64,000 bases of DNA from assembly GCA_016204255.1 (NCBI GenBank), contig JACQLA010000003.1:42255-106254 (forward strand). The letters run 5' to 3'. Numbering within the stretch: the stretch's first letter is position 1; the number at the start of each line of letters is the position of its first letter. This document shows, one piece after another, positions 1-9,100 of the stretch. The DNA comes from Candidatus Microgenomates bacterium (lineage in GTDB: Bacteria; Patescibacteriota; Microgenomatia; JACQLA01). Position numbers and translations under genes: made by a program. Under the pieces are notes generated by a model that ran no database searches, was not told where the DNA came from, and saw only the letters and a list, made by a program, of their open reading frames with translations.

Positions 1-756
1 GAATTTGACGAAAGACCCAATGAACCGTTTGTTCTTTTTATGGCCGATAAAACCGAACCGGGGGCTTTTAACCTTCCTATGTATCTTTCTTTTGCCGATC
101 CTTTTCATTGCCCAGGGCTTTTAATTTCTCCGGAAATGAGTAAGGGTTTTGAATATACCATTATGGATGTTTCAAATACGGAATCTGACCGCGTTATTAA
201 ACTAAATGCGCCGGAGGATCTTTATAATATCGCCGCTTTATTGCGCGATATTGAAAAATATGTGGTTGAAAGTATCCATTCACGAGAAACTGGGGAACAG
301 GCTGCGGCCGTTTCCACAATGCGTCTTCACAATATTGCCGGGAAATATACGGGTAAAGACGACCCGGTGGCGTTGGTGCGGGTTCAGAAGAATTTCCCCG
401 CCACGGGCGAAATTCTTTCACCCTATGCAATTACACCCTATGTTGGTGGAGATTGCCGCGGAAGTCACAATATTCCGCTGATGCCCGTAAAACTTAACTC
501 GACTATTTCTCATTTCGATGGGCCTGCGATTATTTCAGCCGCCGGTTTTTGTATTCATGAAGGAAAATTGACTGAGCATGTTGACCTTTTTGATCATCCA
601 ACTTGGGACTTTGTTCGTGAGAAAGCCGCCCGAAAAGTCATGGCAATTCGCGAACAAGGCTTTTTTGGTCCGGCGATGCTGGGTTTGGGCGAGCTTGAAT
701 ATACAGGCATCATGGAAAGGCTGAAAGAACTGGATAAAAAATTTATAACTCGATAA
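1..756 (+). CDS. fructose-1,6-bisphosphate aldolase/phosphatase (archaeal-type, class V), C-terminal part; 5' end lies outside the window
   Basis: Frame 1 is open from base 1, with no stop before the listed Met at 40. Segments such as GDCRGSHNIPLMPV and FFGPAMLG match my recollection of this family. The stop overlaps the next start (TAATG at 754-758). Confidence 0.7.
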   Translation, partial: EFDERPNEPFVLFMADKTEPGAFNLPMYLSFADPFHCPGLLISPEMSKGFEYTIMDVSNTESDRVIKLNAPEDLYNIAALLRDIEKYVVESIHSRETGEQAAAVSTMRLHNIAGKYTGKDDPVALVRVQKNFPATGEILSPYAITPYVGGDCRGSHNIPLMPVKLNSTISHFDGPAIISAAGFCIHEGKLTEHVDLFDHPTWDFVREKAARKVMAIREQGFFGPAMLGLGELEYTGIMERLKELDKKFITR

Positions 757-2483
757 TGAGTGAGACGATTCTTAAGCCTAAATCCTATTTTCGGGTTTCT
801 CCAAATCTTGCTGATTACGACAAGATGCGGCGGAATTTTCGCTGGGCTGATTTTGAGAAAGAACTTGAATGGTTCCCCGGTAAAAAATTAAACGCCGCTT
901 ATAATGCTATTGATCGCAATGCCCTGAATTGGCGGAAAAATAAAATCGCTTTATATTGGGTGGGCGAGAATGGCGAAAAGGAGAAATATACTTTTACTGA
1001 GCTTTCCGCCCTATCATCAAAATTTGCCAATGCTTTAAAGAGTCTAGGTGTTGATCGTGGAGACCGGGTTTTCTTCTTTCTGCCAAGAGTCCCTCAACTT
1101 TATATAGGTTTTTTGGGGACCTTAAAAATGGGGGCAATTGCCGGGACGATGTTTGCCGCTTTCGGCCCTCAGGCAATTGAAGATCGCTTGGGAAATTCCG
1201 GCGCTAAAATTCTTGTAACCAACAAGGAATTAAAACCCCGTGTTGATCAGGTTAAAAAAAACTTGCCCCATTTAGAAAAAGTTATTGTGATTGAAAACGA
1301 TTGGGAAAAACTTCTCTCTTCAGCCTCAGATGAGATTCGAGTTGCCCGAACCGATCCGGAGGATCCGGCCTTTATGCTTTACACCTCCGGCACTACCGGC
1401 AAACCCAAGGGTGTTGTTCATGTTCATCGGGCGATTTTACACGAGCATATGACTGCCAAATGGGTTTTGGATATTCGCGAAGATGATGTCTACTGGTGTA
1501 CGGCCGATCCTGGCTGGGTGACTGGTATTGCTTATGAAATCTTAGGCTCCTGGTCAAATGGCTCCTCAACTTTGGTTCATTCCGGACGTTTTGATCCCGA
1601 AATATGGTATTCCCTAATTCAAGAGTATAAAGTTAATGTCTGGTATACTGCACCAACGGCAGTGCGAATGTTGGCCGCAGCCGGACTTGGAGTGGCAAGA
1701 AAATATGATTTTTCATCCCTGCGGCATATTTGTTCGGTCGGGGAGCCTTTAAATCCGGAGCCAATCCGTTGGGGACTGAAGGCCTTTGGTTTACCCTTTC
1801 ATGATAACTGGTGGCAAACCGAAACCGGCGGAATTTTAATGGCTAACTATCCCTGTATGCCAATACGTTTGGGTTCGATGGGGAAGCCCTTTCCGGGAAT
1901 TACGGCTTCAATTGTTGATGATAACGGGAAAGAATTGGCTCCCGGAAAAGAGGGAAATTTGGCGATTCGACCCGGCTGGCCGTCAATGATGAAAACGATC
2001 TGGCGCCGCCCGGAAAAGTACAGATCATATTTTAAAAAGGGATGGTATATCTCCGGTGATCGGGCCTGGCGAGATAAGGATGGTTATTTTTGGTTTATCG
2101 GTCGGGCAGATGATGTTATTAAAACCGGAGGGGAAAGAGTTGGCCCGTTTGAGGTCGAATCGGCGCTCGTTGAACACCCCGGGATTGTTGAGGCCGGGGT
2201 GATCGGTAAACCTGATAAGTTAAGAGGTGAAATTATTAAAGCGTTTATTGTTTTGACTTCTGAGCAAAAGGCTAAAATCAAAACTAAAAAAGATGAAGAA
2301 AATTTCTTAGTGGAGATTCAAACCTTTATCAAAAAGCACTTAGCCGGTCATGCTTACCCCCGCGAGATTGAATTTATTGATAAATTACCTAAAACACGAA
2401 GCGGTAAAATAATGAGAAGAATTCTCAAAGCAAAAGAATTGGGTCTGCCGATTGGCGACACCTCAACCCTTGAAGAATATTGA
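756..2483 (+). CDS. acs: acetyl-CoA synthetase (AMP-forming acyl-CoA synthetase)
   Basis: 575 aa. It has the AMP-binding signature YTSGTTGKPKG, a WWQTETGG motif, and a C-terminal PKTRSGKIMRR motif typical of Acs. Confidence 0.85.
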   Translation: MSETILKPKSYFRVSPNLADYDKMRRNFRWADFEKELEWFPGKKLNAAYNAIDRNALNWRKNKIALYWVGENGEKEKYTFTELSALSSKFANALKSLGVDRGDRVFFFLPRVPQLYIGFLGTLKMGAIAGTMFAAFGPQAIEDRLGNSGAKILVTNKELKPRVDQVKKNLPHLEKVIVIENDWEKLLSSASDEIRVARTDPEDPAFMLYTSGTTGKPKGVVHVHRAILHEHMTAKWVLDIREDDVYWCTADPGWVTGIAYEILGSWSNGSSTLVHSGRFDPEIWYSLIQEYKVNVWYTAPTAVRMLAAAGLGVARKYDFSSLRHICSVGEPLNPEPIRWGLKAFGLPFHDNWWQTETGGILMANYPCMPIRLGSMGKPFPGITASIVDDNGKELAPGKEGNLAIRPGWPSMMKTIWRRPEKYRSYFKKGWYISGDRAWRDKDGYFWFIGRADDVIKTGGERVGPFEVESALVEHPGIVEAGVIGKPDKLRGEIIKAFIVLTSEQKAKIKTKKDEENFLVEIQTFIKKHLAGHAYPREIEFIDKLPKTRSGKIMRRILKAKELGLPIGDTSTLEEY

Positions 2484-2495
2484 AAGGAGAAATTT

Positions 2496-2708
2496 ATGGG
2501 CCCAATACATGAAAGATTATCTGCCTTATGTATTCCTGTCGATGGAGATGAGGCTGCTCGGATTAAAACCTCTGAAATAACTAGACAAGGTGAATGGGAA
2601 ACAAGAGAACATCAGAGTACTGTTCCAGCGACTCAAAGGTTAATCACCCGGTGTTTATTGACTGCAGTAGAAGACCCTCAGGCCGGATCGGTTTTAGTCG
2701 ATGCCTAA
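2496..2708 (+). CDS. hypothetical small protein (70 aa)
   Basis: The ORF is preceded by AAGGAGAAATTT-ATG. I recognise no motif. Confidence 0.4.
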   Translation: MGPIHERLSALCIPVDGDEAARIKTSEITRQGEWETREHQSTVPATQRLITRCLLTAVEDPQAGSVLVDA

Positions 2709-2712
2709 AGAG

Positions 2713-2740
2713 TTGACATTTTTAAAATTTAGGCTATAGT
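2713..2740 (+). promoter_or_regulatory. sigma70-type promoter (TTGACA-16 nt-TATAGT)
   Basis: TTGACA lies at 2713-2718 and TATAGT at 2735-2740. It is followed by the SD AAGGAGG (2751-2757) and the ATG at 2764. Confidence 0.5.
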
Positions 2741-2763
2741 AATAGCCATTAAGGAGGAAAAAC

Positions 2764-2988
2764 ATGGCAGGATCTTTTTTAGAAAAAGGAGTTCAGGTGC
2801 ATAACGAAATGTGCGGGGGATCAGGCGTAGCCAAAGGTTACCGCGTTGTTAAAGGTCCGGATGATCTAGCTTGTACGACAATTGAAGAGGGAGATGGAAA
2901 AACCCGGGTCGTAACAGATCCTTGGGAATTAACTGAACTATTTCCGCTGGAAGAAAGTTGCAGAGGTAGTTATCCAGGCGATTGTTAA
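2764..2988 (+). CDS. hypothetical small protein (74 aa)
   Basis: It has a strong SD (AAGGAGGAAAAAC-ATG) and its own promoter. I recognise no family. Confidence 0.45.
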   Translation: MAGSFLEKGVQVHNEMCGGSGVAKGYRVVKGPDDLACTTIEEGDGKTRVVTDPWELTELFPLEESCRGSYPGDC

Positions 2989-3008
2989 GTTAATATAGCT
3001 ACTTTATT

Positions 3009-3371
3009 ATGGCCAACGTCATAGAGAATGGTGTGCAAATTACGGCGGGGCAAAAGGTTGTTCTTTCGGGAGAACTAGTTCGAAAACCATATTTTGGAAC
3101 TAAAAAGCCGGATGAGATTCTTGTCGCCGCTTTCCCACTCAGAACAGACGAAGGCGATATTACGATTACGGTTAAGACATTCCGATATCGGGCAGATTTG
3201 GTAAAACGAGCTGACTTGGGGAAAGGGGATAGAGTCAAAATCGTTGGTTATGTACACCAAGAAAAAAGACCCCACAGAGAACTGGATCGCACCCCAGTTA
3301 CCGTTGTTTATGCGGCCGCGATTCACCGGCCAAATTCCCAGAATGAGTTTGTCAGCCTTGGACGAAGTTAA
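3009..3371 (+). CDS. hypothetical protein, possibly an OB-fold (SSB-like)
   Basis: 120 aa. The alternating beta-strand pattern and the GKGDRVKIVGYV segment resemble SSB-type OB folds. This is weak and judged by eye only. Confidence 0.35.
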   Translation: MANVIENGVQITAGQKVVLSGELVRKPYFGTKKPDEILVAAFPLRTDEGDITITVKTFRYRADLVKRADLGKGDRVKIVGYVHQEKRPHRELDRTPVTVVYAAAIHRPNSQNEFVSLGRS

Positions 3372-4047
3372 TTAGAATTGTAAATTCACCTTTTGGTGCT
3401 ACTTGTCCAAAATGTTTAGTGGCTTCTGATATTTTTTCTCGTCTGATTTCCTCATGCACTTTAGTTAATTCGCGACAGATGACAATTTCAATATCTCCAA
3501 AAACTTCCATTAATTCCTGTAGTGTTTTTGAAAACCGGTGTGGAGCTTCAAAAAAGATAACTGTCACTCTAATAATATGTATCATTGTAGTGAGGTCGTG
3601 GAGGAGTTTTTGACGGTGGCCGGGTTTTTTGGGAAGATACCCAAGGAATAAAAACTTATCTGTTGGTAGGCCGGAGGAGGTAAGCGCGGTTAAAATTGAT
3701 GAAGCGCCGGGAATGGATACCACCTGACTCCCCTGGTGGATTGCTTCACGCACAAGTTTAAATCCCGGATCGGAAATAGTTGGGGTTCCGGCATCAGAAA
3801 TTAAAGCGATATTCTGACCTTGGTTTAGTCGGTTAATAATTTCCGGGATTCGCTGCATTTCATTGAATTCCTGATAAGAAAGAAGTGGTTTTTTAATCTG
3901 GTAGTTGGCCAGTAAAATTCCGCTGCGTCTTGTGTCCTCACATAAAATCAAATCGGCCGACTTTAAAATTTCAAGCGCCCGGAGGGTGATGTCTTGCAAG
4001 TTGCCTATGGGAGTTGATACAATATAAAGAATGCCTTTGGAATCCAT
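3352..4047 (-). CDS. rsmI: 16S rRNA (cytidine1402-2'-O)-methyltransferase
   Basis: The N-terminus LYIVSTPIGNLQDITLRALEILKSADLILCEDTRRS is the characteristic RsmI / tetrapyrrole-methylase-fold signature. Confidence 0.85.
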   Translation of the reverse strand: MDSKGILYIVSTPIGNLQDITLRALEILKSADLILCEDTRRSGILLANYQIKKPLLSYQEFNEMQRIPEIINRLNQGQNIALISDAGTPTISDPGFKLVREAIHQGSQVVSIPGASSILTALTSSGLPTDKFLFLGYLPKKPGHRQKLLHDLTTMIHIIRVTVIFFEAPHRFSKTLQELMEVFGDIEIVICRELTKVHEEIRREKISEATKHFGQVAPKGEFTILINFVQG

Positions 4048-4300
4048 TTTAAACTCGTTATTTACTGTCGATATTATACTATAATGTTAAGATTAGAGCG
4101 TTGCCTCGAATGTCCTCTTGGAAAAATGAAACGCGTGGATGGTGGTGGATTTCCATCATATCTAGATAGGCAAATGAAGCGAGGAATCCTTATTGGAACC
4201 CCAGATGGAAACACCTTTCGCCCCTCCACATGCTCAAATTACGGGCAGAGTAGAAAATGTCAGCAAGAAATTATTACTGAGAAACTAGCTGGTGTACGGC

Positions 4301-5341
4301 ATGGATGACAATAATAAACACTTCATGATGGGGAACGAAATTTTGGCAACTGCCGCCCTCGATGCCGGCGCCAAAATGATGTTTGCCTATCCCATCACTC
4401 CCTCAACCGAAATTCTGGAAACCTGGGTAAACCTCTGTGAAAAAAACCCTCAACTTAAATATCAACAGAGCGAAGATGAGATGGCAGCCGGATTCGGGGT
4501 TATTGGATCGTGTTTGGCAGGAGTTCCGGCATTCACCGCGACCGCCGGCCCGGGTAATGTTTTGATGCAGGATGCCTTTTCGATGGCCGAAGCTTTGCGG
4601 ATTCCCACAGTGGCAATGATTATGCAGCGGGGCGGACTTTCAACTTCAACCGTTATTTATTCGCAGGAAGAAGTAGCCTTAACTTGCTTCGGCGGCAACG
4701 GAGAGGGTTTTCGGATCGTTTATTCACCTTCTTCCCTTCAGGAGCTTTATGACCTTACGCAAAAGGCTTTTCGGGTGGCCTGGCAATATCGTTTTCCAAC
4801 ATTTATTTTAGGCGATGGTTACTTGGGGAAAATGAAAGGGGCAGTAGAAATCAAGAAGCAGGAATCCGGAATCATGAATTATGGATCAATATTGCAGGAG
4901 GGGGTAAATCTCAGAAATTGCTATAATCTTGAAGAGGAAATAGGCGAGATTATTCTTAACTATAGTGATGATTTTGCCAAGATGAGAACCGAAATTGAAG
5001 AGGCCGAGGATTGTCAATCTGAAGGTGCGGAAACTGTTGTTATGGCTCATGGAATCGTTGCAGCTGCGGCCAAAGTGGCGGTGGAGAATTTGCAAAAACA
5101 AGGTGTTAAGGTTGGCCTTTTTCGACCGATAACCCTGCGGCCTTTTCCAACGACAATGGCGGGCAAAGTTTTGGAAAATGCCAAACAGATTATCACTTTT
5201 GAATCCGCGTTGGGGCAAATGGCCAGGTTATTTAAAGACGAACTCTACTGGATCAATGTTCCTTTAACCGAAGTTAACAAACCGGCCGTGGGATTTACTC
5301 CCGAGGAAATTGAAAAGACAATTAAAAATTATTTAACTTAA
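4301..5341 (+). CDS. 2-oxoacid:ferredoxin oxidoreductase, alpha subunit
   Basis: GNEILATAALDAGAKMMFAYPITPSTEILE is the typical POR/KOR alpha N-terminus. I prefer the ATG at 4301 over the GTG at 4292. It is the first gene of a four-gene cluster. Confidence 0.8.
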   Translation: MDDNNKHFMMGNEILATAALDAGAKMMFAYPITPSTEILETWVNLCEKNPQLKYQQSEDEMAAGFGVIGSCLAGVPAFTATAGPGNVLMQDAFSMAEALRIPTVAMIMQRGGLSTSTVIYSQEEVALTCFGGNGEGFRIVYSPSSLQELYDLTQKAFRVAWQYRFPTFILGDGYLGKMKGAVEIKKQESGIMNYGSILQEGVNLRNCYNLEEEIGEIILNYSDDFAKMRTEIEEAEDCQSEGAETVVMAHGIVAAAAKVAVENLQKQGVKVGLFRPITLRPFPTTMAGKVLENAKQIITFESALGQMARLFKDELYWINVPLTEVNKPAVGFTPEEIEKTIKNYLT

Positions 5342-5344
5342 AGT

Positions 5345-6094
5345 ATGGATCCAAGATTTCCTGCATGTTATAAACCCGATTCCAAGCCTCATAAATTCTG
5401 TCCTGGCTGCGGGCATCCCTTGGTTTTAAAAATGCTGGGTGAGGTTGTTGATGAGATGGGAATTGCAAATAAAACCATCTTTCTGGTCGATATCGGCTGC
5501 TCGCTTTTGGCCTGGGATTATTTTAATTTACCAACCTCCCAAACCCATCACGGCCGGACCATTCCCGTGGCCGCCGGATTTAAGATGGCAGATCCCGAAA
5601 AGATCGTCATTGCCTACATGGGTGACGGCGGCGGTTATGCGATTGGTCTTCAACATACTTTACATTCCTGTTTACGCAATGACCCAATTACTACAATTTT
5701 GGTCAACAATACCTGCTATGCGATGACTGGTGGTCAGATGGCGCCAACAACAATCGAAAATGAAAATACGACCACGACTCCCACGGGCCGCGATCCCAAA
5801 ACAACCGGCAGGGCAATTATGGGTCCGGAGCTTTTGAGTACAATTGTTACAAATGATGCTTATGTTGCTCGCGGTTCGGTTTCCAAACAATTAATTTTAA
5901 AAGGTTATATTAGGAAAGCAATCGAAACCCAAATTAATAAAAAGGCTTATTCATTTGTCGAAGCACTTTCATATTGCCCTTTGAACTGGAAAACAGATGC
6001 GAGGGAAACGATTGCATTTTTGAGAGAAACAGAAAAAGTTTACCCTCAAAAAGAATTCACAACTGCGGCTCAGATTGAAGGAGTAACACAATGA
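5345..6094 (+). CDS. 2-oxoacid:ferredoxin oxidoreductase, beta (TPP-binding) subunit
   Basis: It has a CPGCGH motif and a GDGGGYAIG TPP-binding region. Confidence 0.85.
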   Translation: MDPRFPACYKPDSKPHKFCPGCGHPLVLKMLGEVVDEMGIANKTIFLVDIGCSLLAWDYFNLPTSQTHHGRTIPVAAGFKMADPEKIVIAYMGDGGGYAIGLQHTLHSCLRNDPITTILVNNTCYAMTGGQMAPTTIENENTTTTPTGRDPKTTGRAIMGPELLSTIVTNDAYVARGSVSKQLILKGYIRKAIETQINKKAYSFVEALSYCPLNWKTDARETIAFLRETEKVYPQKEFTTAAQIEGVTQ

Positions 6095-6591
6095 AAATTC
6101 TTTTAGCCGGTGAAGGCGGCCAGGGTGTTCAGGTTGTGGCTGAGATTTTGGCCAAAGCCGCCTTTATGGAAGGTAAGGGTGCCCTATACATTCCTAATTT
6201 CGGGGTTGAACAAAGAGGTGGGGTTTCTTTAGGTTTTGTGGTTTTGGACGAAGTAGAAGTTGCCTATCCGAAATTTGAAAAAGCGGAAATTCTAGTAGTC
6301 TTTTGCGACCGAGCACTGGAGCGGATTAAAAATTATATTGGTCCGGAAACAAGAGTTATTTTGAGTCCCGCGGTAACACTCAGCGAAATTGATGGTATCC
6401 GGCTAAAATCAACTCTTTCGCCGAAAGCCTGGAATATTGTGATCTTGGGGAAAATTCTTGGTTTACAATCATTGGTCTCCAGGGACGCCGTTAAAAAGGT
6501 GATGGAAGAACGTTTTGCCCATTGGTTTGAAAAACAGCCGGAACTACGGGAATTGGATTTTAAGGCGCTGGATGAGGGAGCGACACAATGA
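6091..6591 (+). CDS. 2-oxoacid:ferredoxin oxidoreductase, gamma subunit
   Basis: ILLAGEGGQGVQ N-terminus. It has 4-nt start/stop overlaps with both neighbouring genes. Confidence 0.8.
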   Translation: MKILLAGEGGQGVQVVAEILAKAAFMEGKGALYIPNFGVEQRGGVSLGFVVLDEVEVAYPKFEKAEILVVFCDRALERIKNYIGPETRVILSPAVTLSEIDGIRLKSTLSPKAWNIVILGKILGLQSLVSRDAVKKVMEERFAHWFEKQPELRELDFKALDEGATQ

Positions 6592-6845
6592 AAGATTTTA
6601 AGGGAAAAATTACTGCAATTGATCGAGATAAATTTAAAGGAAAGTGGACAGTTCACTTCGGCCTTTGTAAAAGTTGTTACATGTGCGTTGAAAAATGCCC
6701 GTTTCAGGCAATTTCCAAGTCAGAGACGGATTTGGGAGTTTATAGTACACCTTCGGTGAAAGTCGACCCTCAAAAATGCACCCTTTGCACCATTTGTGAT
6801 CAGATTTGCCCCGACTCGGCCATTAAAGTAGAAAAGGAGGCTTAA
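6588..6845 (+). CDS. 2-oxoacid:ferredoxin oxidoreductase, delta subunit (2x[4Fe-4S] ferredoxin)
   Basis: It has two CxxCxxCxxxCP clusters (CKSCYMCVEKCP and CTLCTICDQICP). Confidence 0.8.
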   Translation: MKDFKGKITAIDRDKFKGKWTVHFGLCKSCYMCVEKCPFQAISKSETDLGVYSTPSVKVDPQKCTLCTICDQICPDSAIKVEKEA

Positions 6846-6850
6846 CTTTC

Positions 6851-7465
6851 ATGGAATTTTTTTTCGGATGGGTTACGGATTTTATCGAGACCGTCAGCTA
6901 TTGGGGAATTTTTCTTTTGATGTTGCTTGAATCCGCTTGCATCCCGATTCCTTCGGAAATCACTATGCCGTTTGGTGGATTTTTGGCCGCACAGGGAAAA
7001 CTTAATTTTATGCTTGTAGTTTTGGCCGGGACAGCCGGGAATCTGGTAGGGTCGCTAATTGCTTATGCATTTGGCTGGTGGGGTCAGGGGCCGATTGTCC
7101 GCAATTCAATCCGCAAATGGGGAAAGTTTGTTTTGATTAGCGAAGACGATCTCGATCGCTCTGAAGCCTGGTTTAATAAGTATGGCGAACTGATTGTTTT
7201 CTTTTCAAGGGTGTTGCCGGTGGTGCGAACTTTTATTTCCGTGCCGGCCGGAATTTCGAAAATGAATATCTGGAAATTTATTCTTTATACCACCTTGGGT
7301 TCTTTTATCTGGTCATTCATTTTGACCCAGTTTGGCGCAACGCTCGGTGAAAACTGGGAGGTGCTTGAAGTTTATTTCCGGAAATTCAATTTTATTATTG
7401 CGGGTTTATTTGTAGTCGCGGCCATGGGGTATTTTTATCACAAAATCAAGAAGTTAAGAGCCTAG
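6851..7465 (+). CDS. DedA-family membrane protein
   Basis: It is a multi-TM protein with the DedA-like core FFSRVLPVVRTFISVPAG. Confidence 0.75.
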   Translation: MEFFFGWVTDFIETVSYWGIFLLMLLESACIPIPSEITMPFGGFLAAQGKLNFMLVVLAGTAGNLVGSLIAYAFGWWGQGPIVRNSIRKWGKFVLISEDDLDRSEAWFNKYGELIVFFSRVLPVVRTFISVPAGISKMNIWKFILYTTLGSFIWSFILTQFGATLGENWEVLEVYFRKFNFIIAGLFVVAAMGYFYHKIKKLRA

Positions 7466-8077
7466 GTATTTGCGAATTAACCCCACAACTTTTCCCTGCA
7501 CTCGGACGTTAGTGGCGTAAATCGGTGACATATCTTTATTTGCGGGCCTTAAACAAACGCGATCTTTTTCAAAATAAATCTTTTTCAAAGTTGCCAAACC
7601 GCTTTCTAAAATCGCCACAACTAAGTCGCCATTTTTAGCATCATCCCGATGCTCTATTACCACATAATCGCCTTCCAAAATCCCATCTTCAATCAGTGAA
7701 GTCCCTTTGACTTGAAGAACAAAGTGGGGTTTGCTTCCTCCCAATAAAGATGGCGAAACCGAAAGATAAGCATCGGGGTCGGTATGCGGCTCAAGTGGCG
7801 CGCCGGCGGCAATAAAGCCCATGATAGGCAGTTGAACACCTTCAGAGGCCATCTTAGGAATTTTGTCGTCAACGATTTCCAAACTTCGGGAAAGTCCGTC
7901 TTTTTTTGTTAAAACACCCTTTTTAATAAGGGTTTCAACATGTTCATAGATTGTGGCGATTGAGGTACCGGTTGATTCACCGATTTCCTTAAGAGTTGGG
8001 GCGTAACCGTAGCGCTGATTGTATTGGGAAATAAATTCTAAAATTTCTCTTTGTTTGCGGTAAAGTACAACGGGCAT
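7454..8077 (-). CDS. lexA: LexA repressor (S24 peptidase)
   Basis: The N-terminal winged HTH (REILEFI..GYAPTLKEIG) is followed by an AAG cleavage-site region and a C-terminal S24 domain (VKGTSLIEDGI..GDLVV). Confidence 0.9.
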   Translation of the reverse strand: MPVVLYRKQREILEFISQYNQRYGYAPTLKEIGESTGTSIATIYEHVETLIKKGVLTKKDGLSRSLEIVDDKIPKMASEGVQLPIMGFIAAGAPLEPHTDPDAYLSVSPSLLGGSKPHFVLQVKGTSLIEDGILEGDYVVIEHRDDAKNGDLVVAILESGLATLKKIYFEKDRVCLRPANKDMSPIYATNVRVQGKVVGLIRKYLGS

Positions 8078-8113
8078 AATTTTTAAAGTTACACAAGCTG
8101 AAGGCGAAGTATA

Positions 8114-8133
8114 TGGTAGAGATCATGTTACCA
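8114..8133. promoter_or_regulatory. candidate LexA operator: palindrome TGGTA-N10-TACCA overlapping the lexA -10 box and likely start site
   Basis: TGGTA at 8114-8118 and TACCA at 8129-8133 are exact reverse complements. The position is what an autoregulatory operator would need. Confidence 0.35.
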
Positions 8134-8152
8134 AAAAAAACCCTTATGTCAA
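8125..8152 (-). promoter_or_regulatory. lexA promoter (TTGACA-16 nt-TAACAT, TG-extended)
   Basis: The minus strand reads TTGACA (8152-8147), then 16 nt, then TGGTAACAT (-10 at 8130-8125). Confidence 0.5.
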
Positions 8153-8219
8153 GAGATAAAAAGGGATCAATTTGTGGTAAAATTGGGTTGCGAATAATCT
8201 GGTTTTAAAGTCCGTTGGC

Positions 8220-8858
8220 TTAAATTTCCGATAACGTGAGTTTTAAAGGAGACTCCGGATCATCTGGAGGATTTTTGTAAATCGAAACTTTACTAAACTG
8301 TCTATTATTAAGATCTACCAAAAATGAGGTTAAACCAGTCACCACATCAGGAGTTAGCTCATGCTCTTCAATGTCGGTGTCTCCAGTAAACCCTCCGCTT
8401 TTATTTATTTTGGCAACTTCAAAATAATACCTCCCCTTCTCGAAATCAAAAAGAATTGTAGAACTAACAGCTTTTCCAAAACCGTCTTCTTCAGCAATAG
8501 TGACAAAATCTTCGGTTTTAGGCGCACTGGTGTAATTTATGAGTTTTGGTTCAATATCAATTCTTCCTTCATTAAGACAGAGTGATACATTCCTTACAAA
8601 AACTGGTTTCGGGTCGCCCTCCGGTGTTCGTATCCCTCCGTAAGGCGCAAAAAGAGCAGTCTCTAATGTGTCTGGAAGATTAATTTCTCCATCATCTTCG
8701 TCACATTCTGCCTCTAAAACAGGAAAACAATGTGCCTGCAGAATGGAAGTTGTTGCTTCTTTAGTTAAACCTCTAGACGCCATAGCCCTTAAAAAGGCTG
8801 CTCTATAATCTTCTCGAGCAGCTAATTCTTGTGGTGATTGTGGGTTTTCTTCTACCAT
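8220..8858 (-). CDS. hypothetical protein (212 aa, acidic)
   Basis: A long ORF with its own canonical promoter. I recognise no family. Confidence 0.5.
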   Translation of the reverse strand: MVEENPQSPQELAAREDYRAAFLRAMASRGLTKEATTSILQAHCFPVLEAECDEDDGEINLPDTLETALFAPYGGIRTPEGDPKPVFVRNVSLCLNEGRIDIEPKLINYTSAPKTEDFVTIAEEDGFGKAVSSTILFDFEKGRYYFEVAKINKSGGFTGDTDIEEHELTPDVVTGLTSFLVDLNNRQFSKVSIYKNPPDDPESPLKLTLSEI

Positions 8859-8867
8859 TCTGCTCAG

Positions 8868-8896
8868 ATATTAGCATACCGCTTCTCCTTTGTCAA
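8868..8896 (-). promoter_or_regulatory. sigma70-type promoter (TTGACA-17 nt-TGCTAATAT); 9 nt separate the -10 box from the ATG
   Basis: The minus strand reads TTGACA (8896-8891), a 17-nt spacer, then TAATAT (8873-8868) with an upstream TG. The ATG is at 8858. Confidence 0.55.
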
Positions 8897-8998
8897 AAGT
8901 ATGAGTCCTACCTAATCCACCCATAGGCTCCTGTTTATGCTTAATAAGAATAGCGCAAGGATTTAAGCTTTGGTTCTTCAGCGCAATTTAGCCTCGAA

Positions 8999-9010
8999 TT
9001 GTGGTAAAAT
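8999..9010 (+). promoter_or_regulatory. extended -10 promoter element TTGTGGTAAAAT upstream of uvrB
   Basis: TGnTAAAAT lies at 9002-9010. The identical 12-mer recurs at 12741-12752 (upstream of uvrA) and at 8172-8183. Confidence 0.45.
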
Positions 9011-9025
9011 TAGCGTGCGGGGGAA

Positions 9026-9100
9026 TCGTCATTGTGAGCAAAGCGAAGTAATCCCATTAAAGATTGCCGCGGGTCGAATTCTCGACCATCGCAATGACAG
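9026..9100. repeat. palindromic intergenic element (GTCATTGTGAGC ... TCGCAATGAC family) in the uvrB leader
   Basis: The left arm CGTCATTGTGAGCAAAGCGAAGTAATC pairs imperfectly with the right arm GATTGCC..CATCGCAATGACAG. It has the same architecture as the elements at 12765 and 54561. Confidence 0.6.

Noticed and set aside
8172-8183. A third copy of TTGTGGTAAAAT on the plus strand between lexA and the 212-aa gene, considered as a promoter or shared SOS operator.
   Set aside because: It points into the antisense strand of the 212-aa gene with no plausible plus-strand ORF. The motif is essentially the generic extended -10 consensus seen at other genes (TGGTATAAT, TGCTAAAAT). I report it only as part of the uvrA/uvrB observation.
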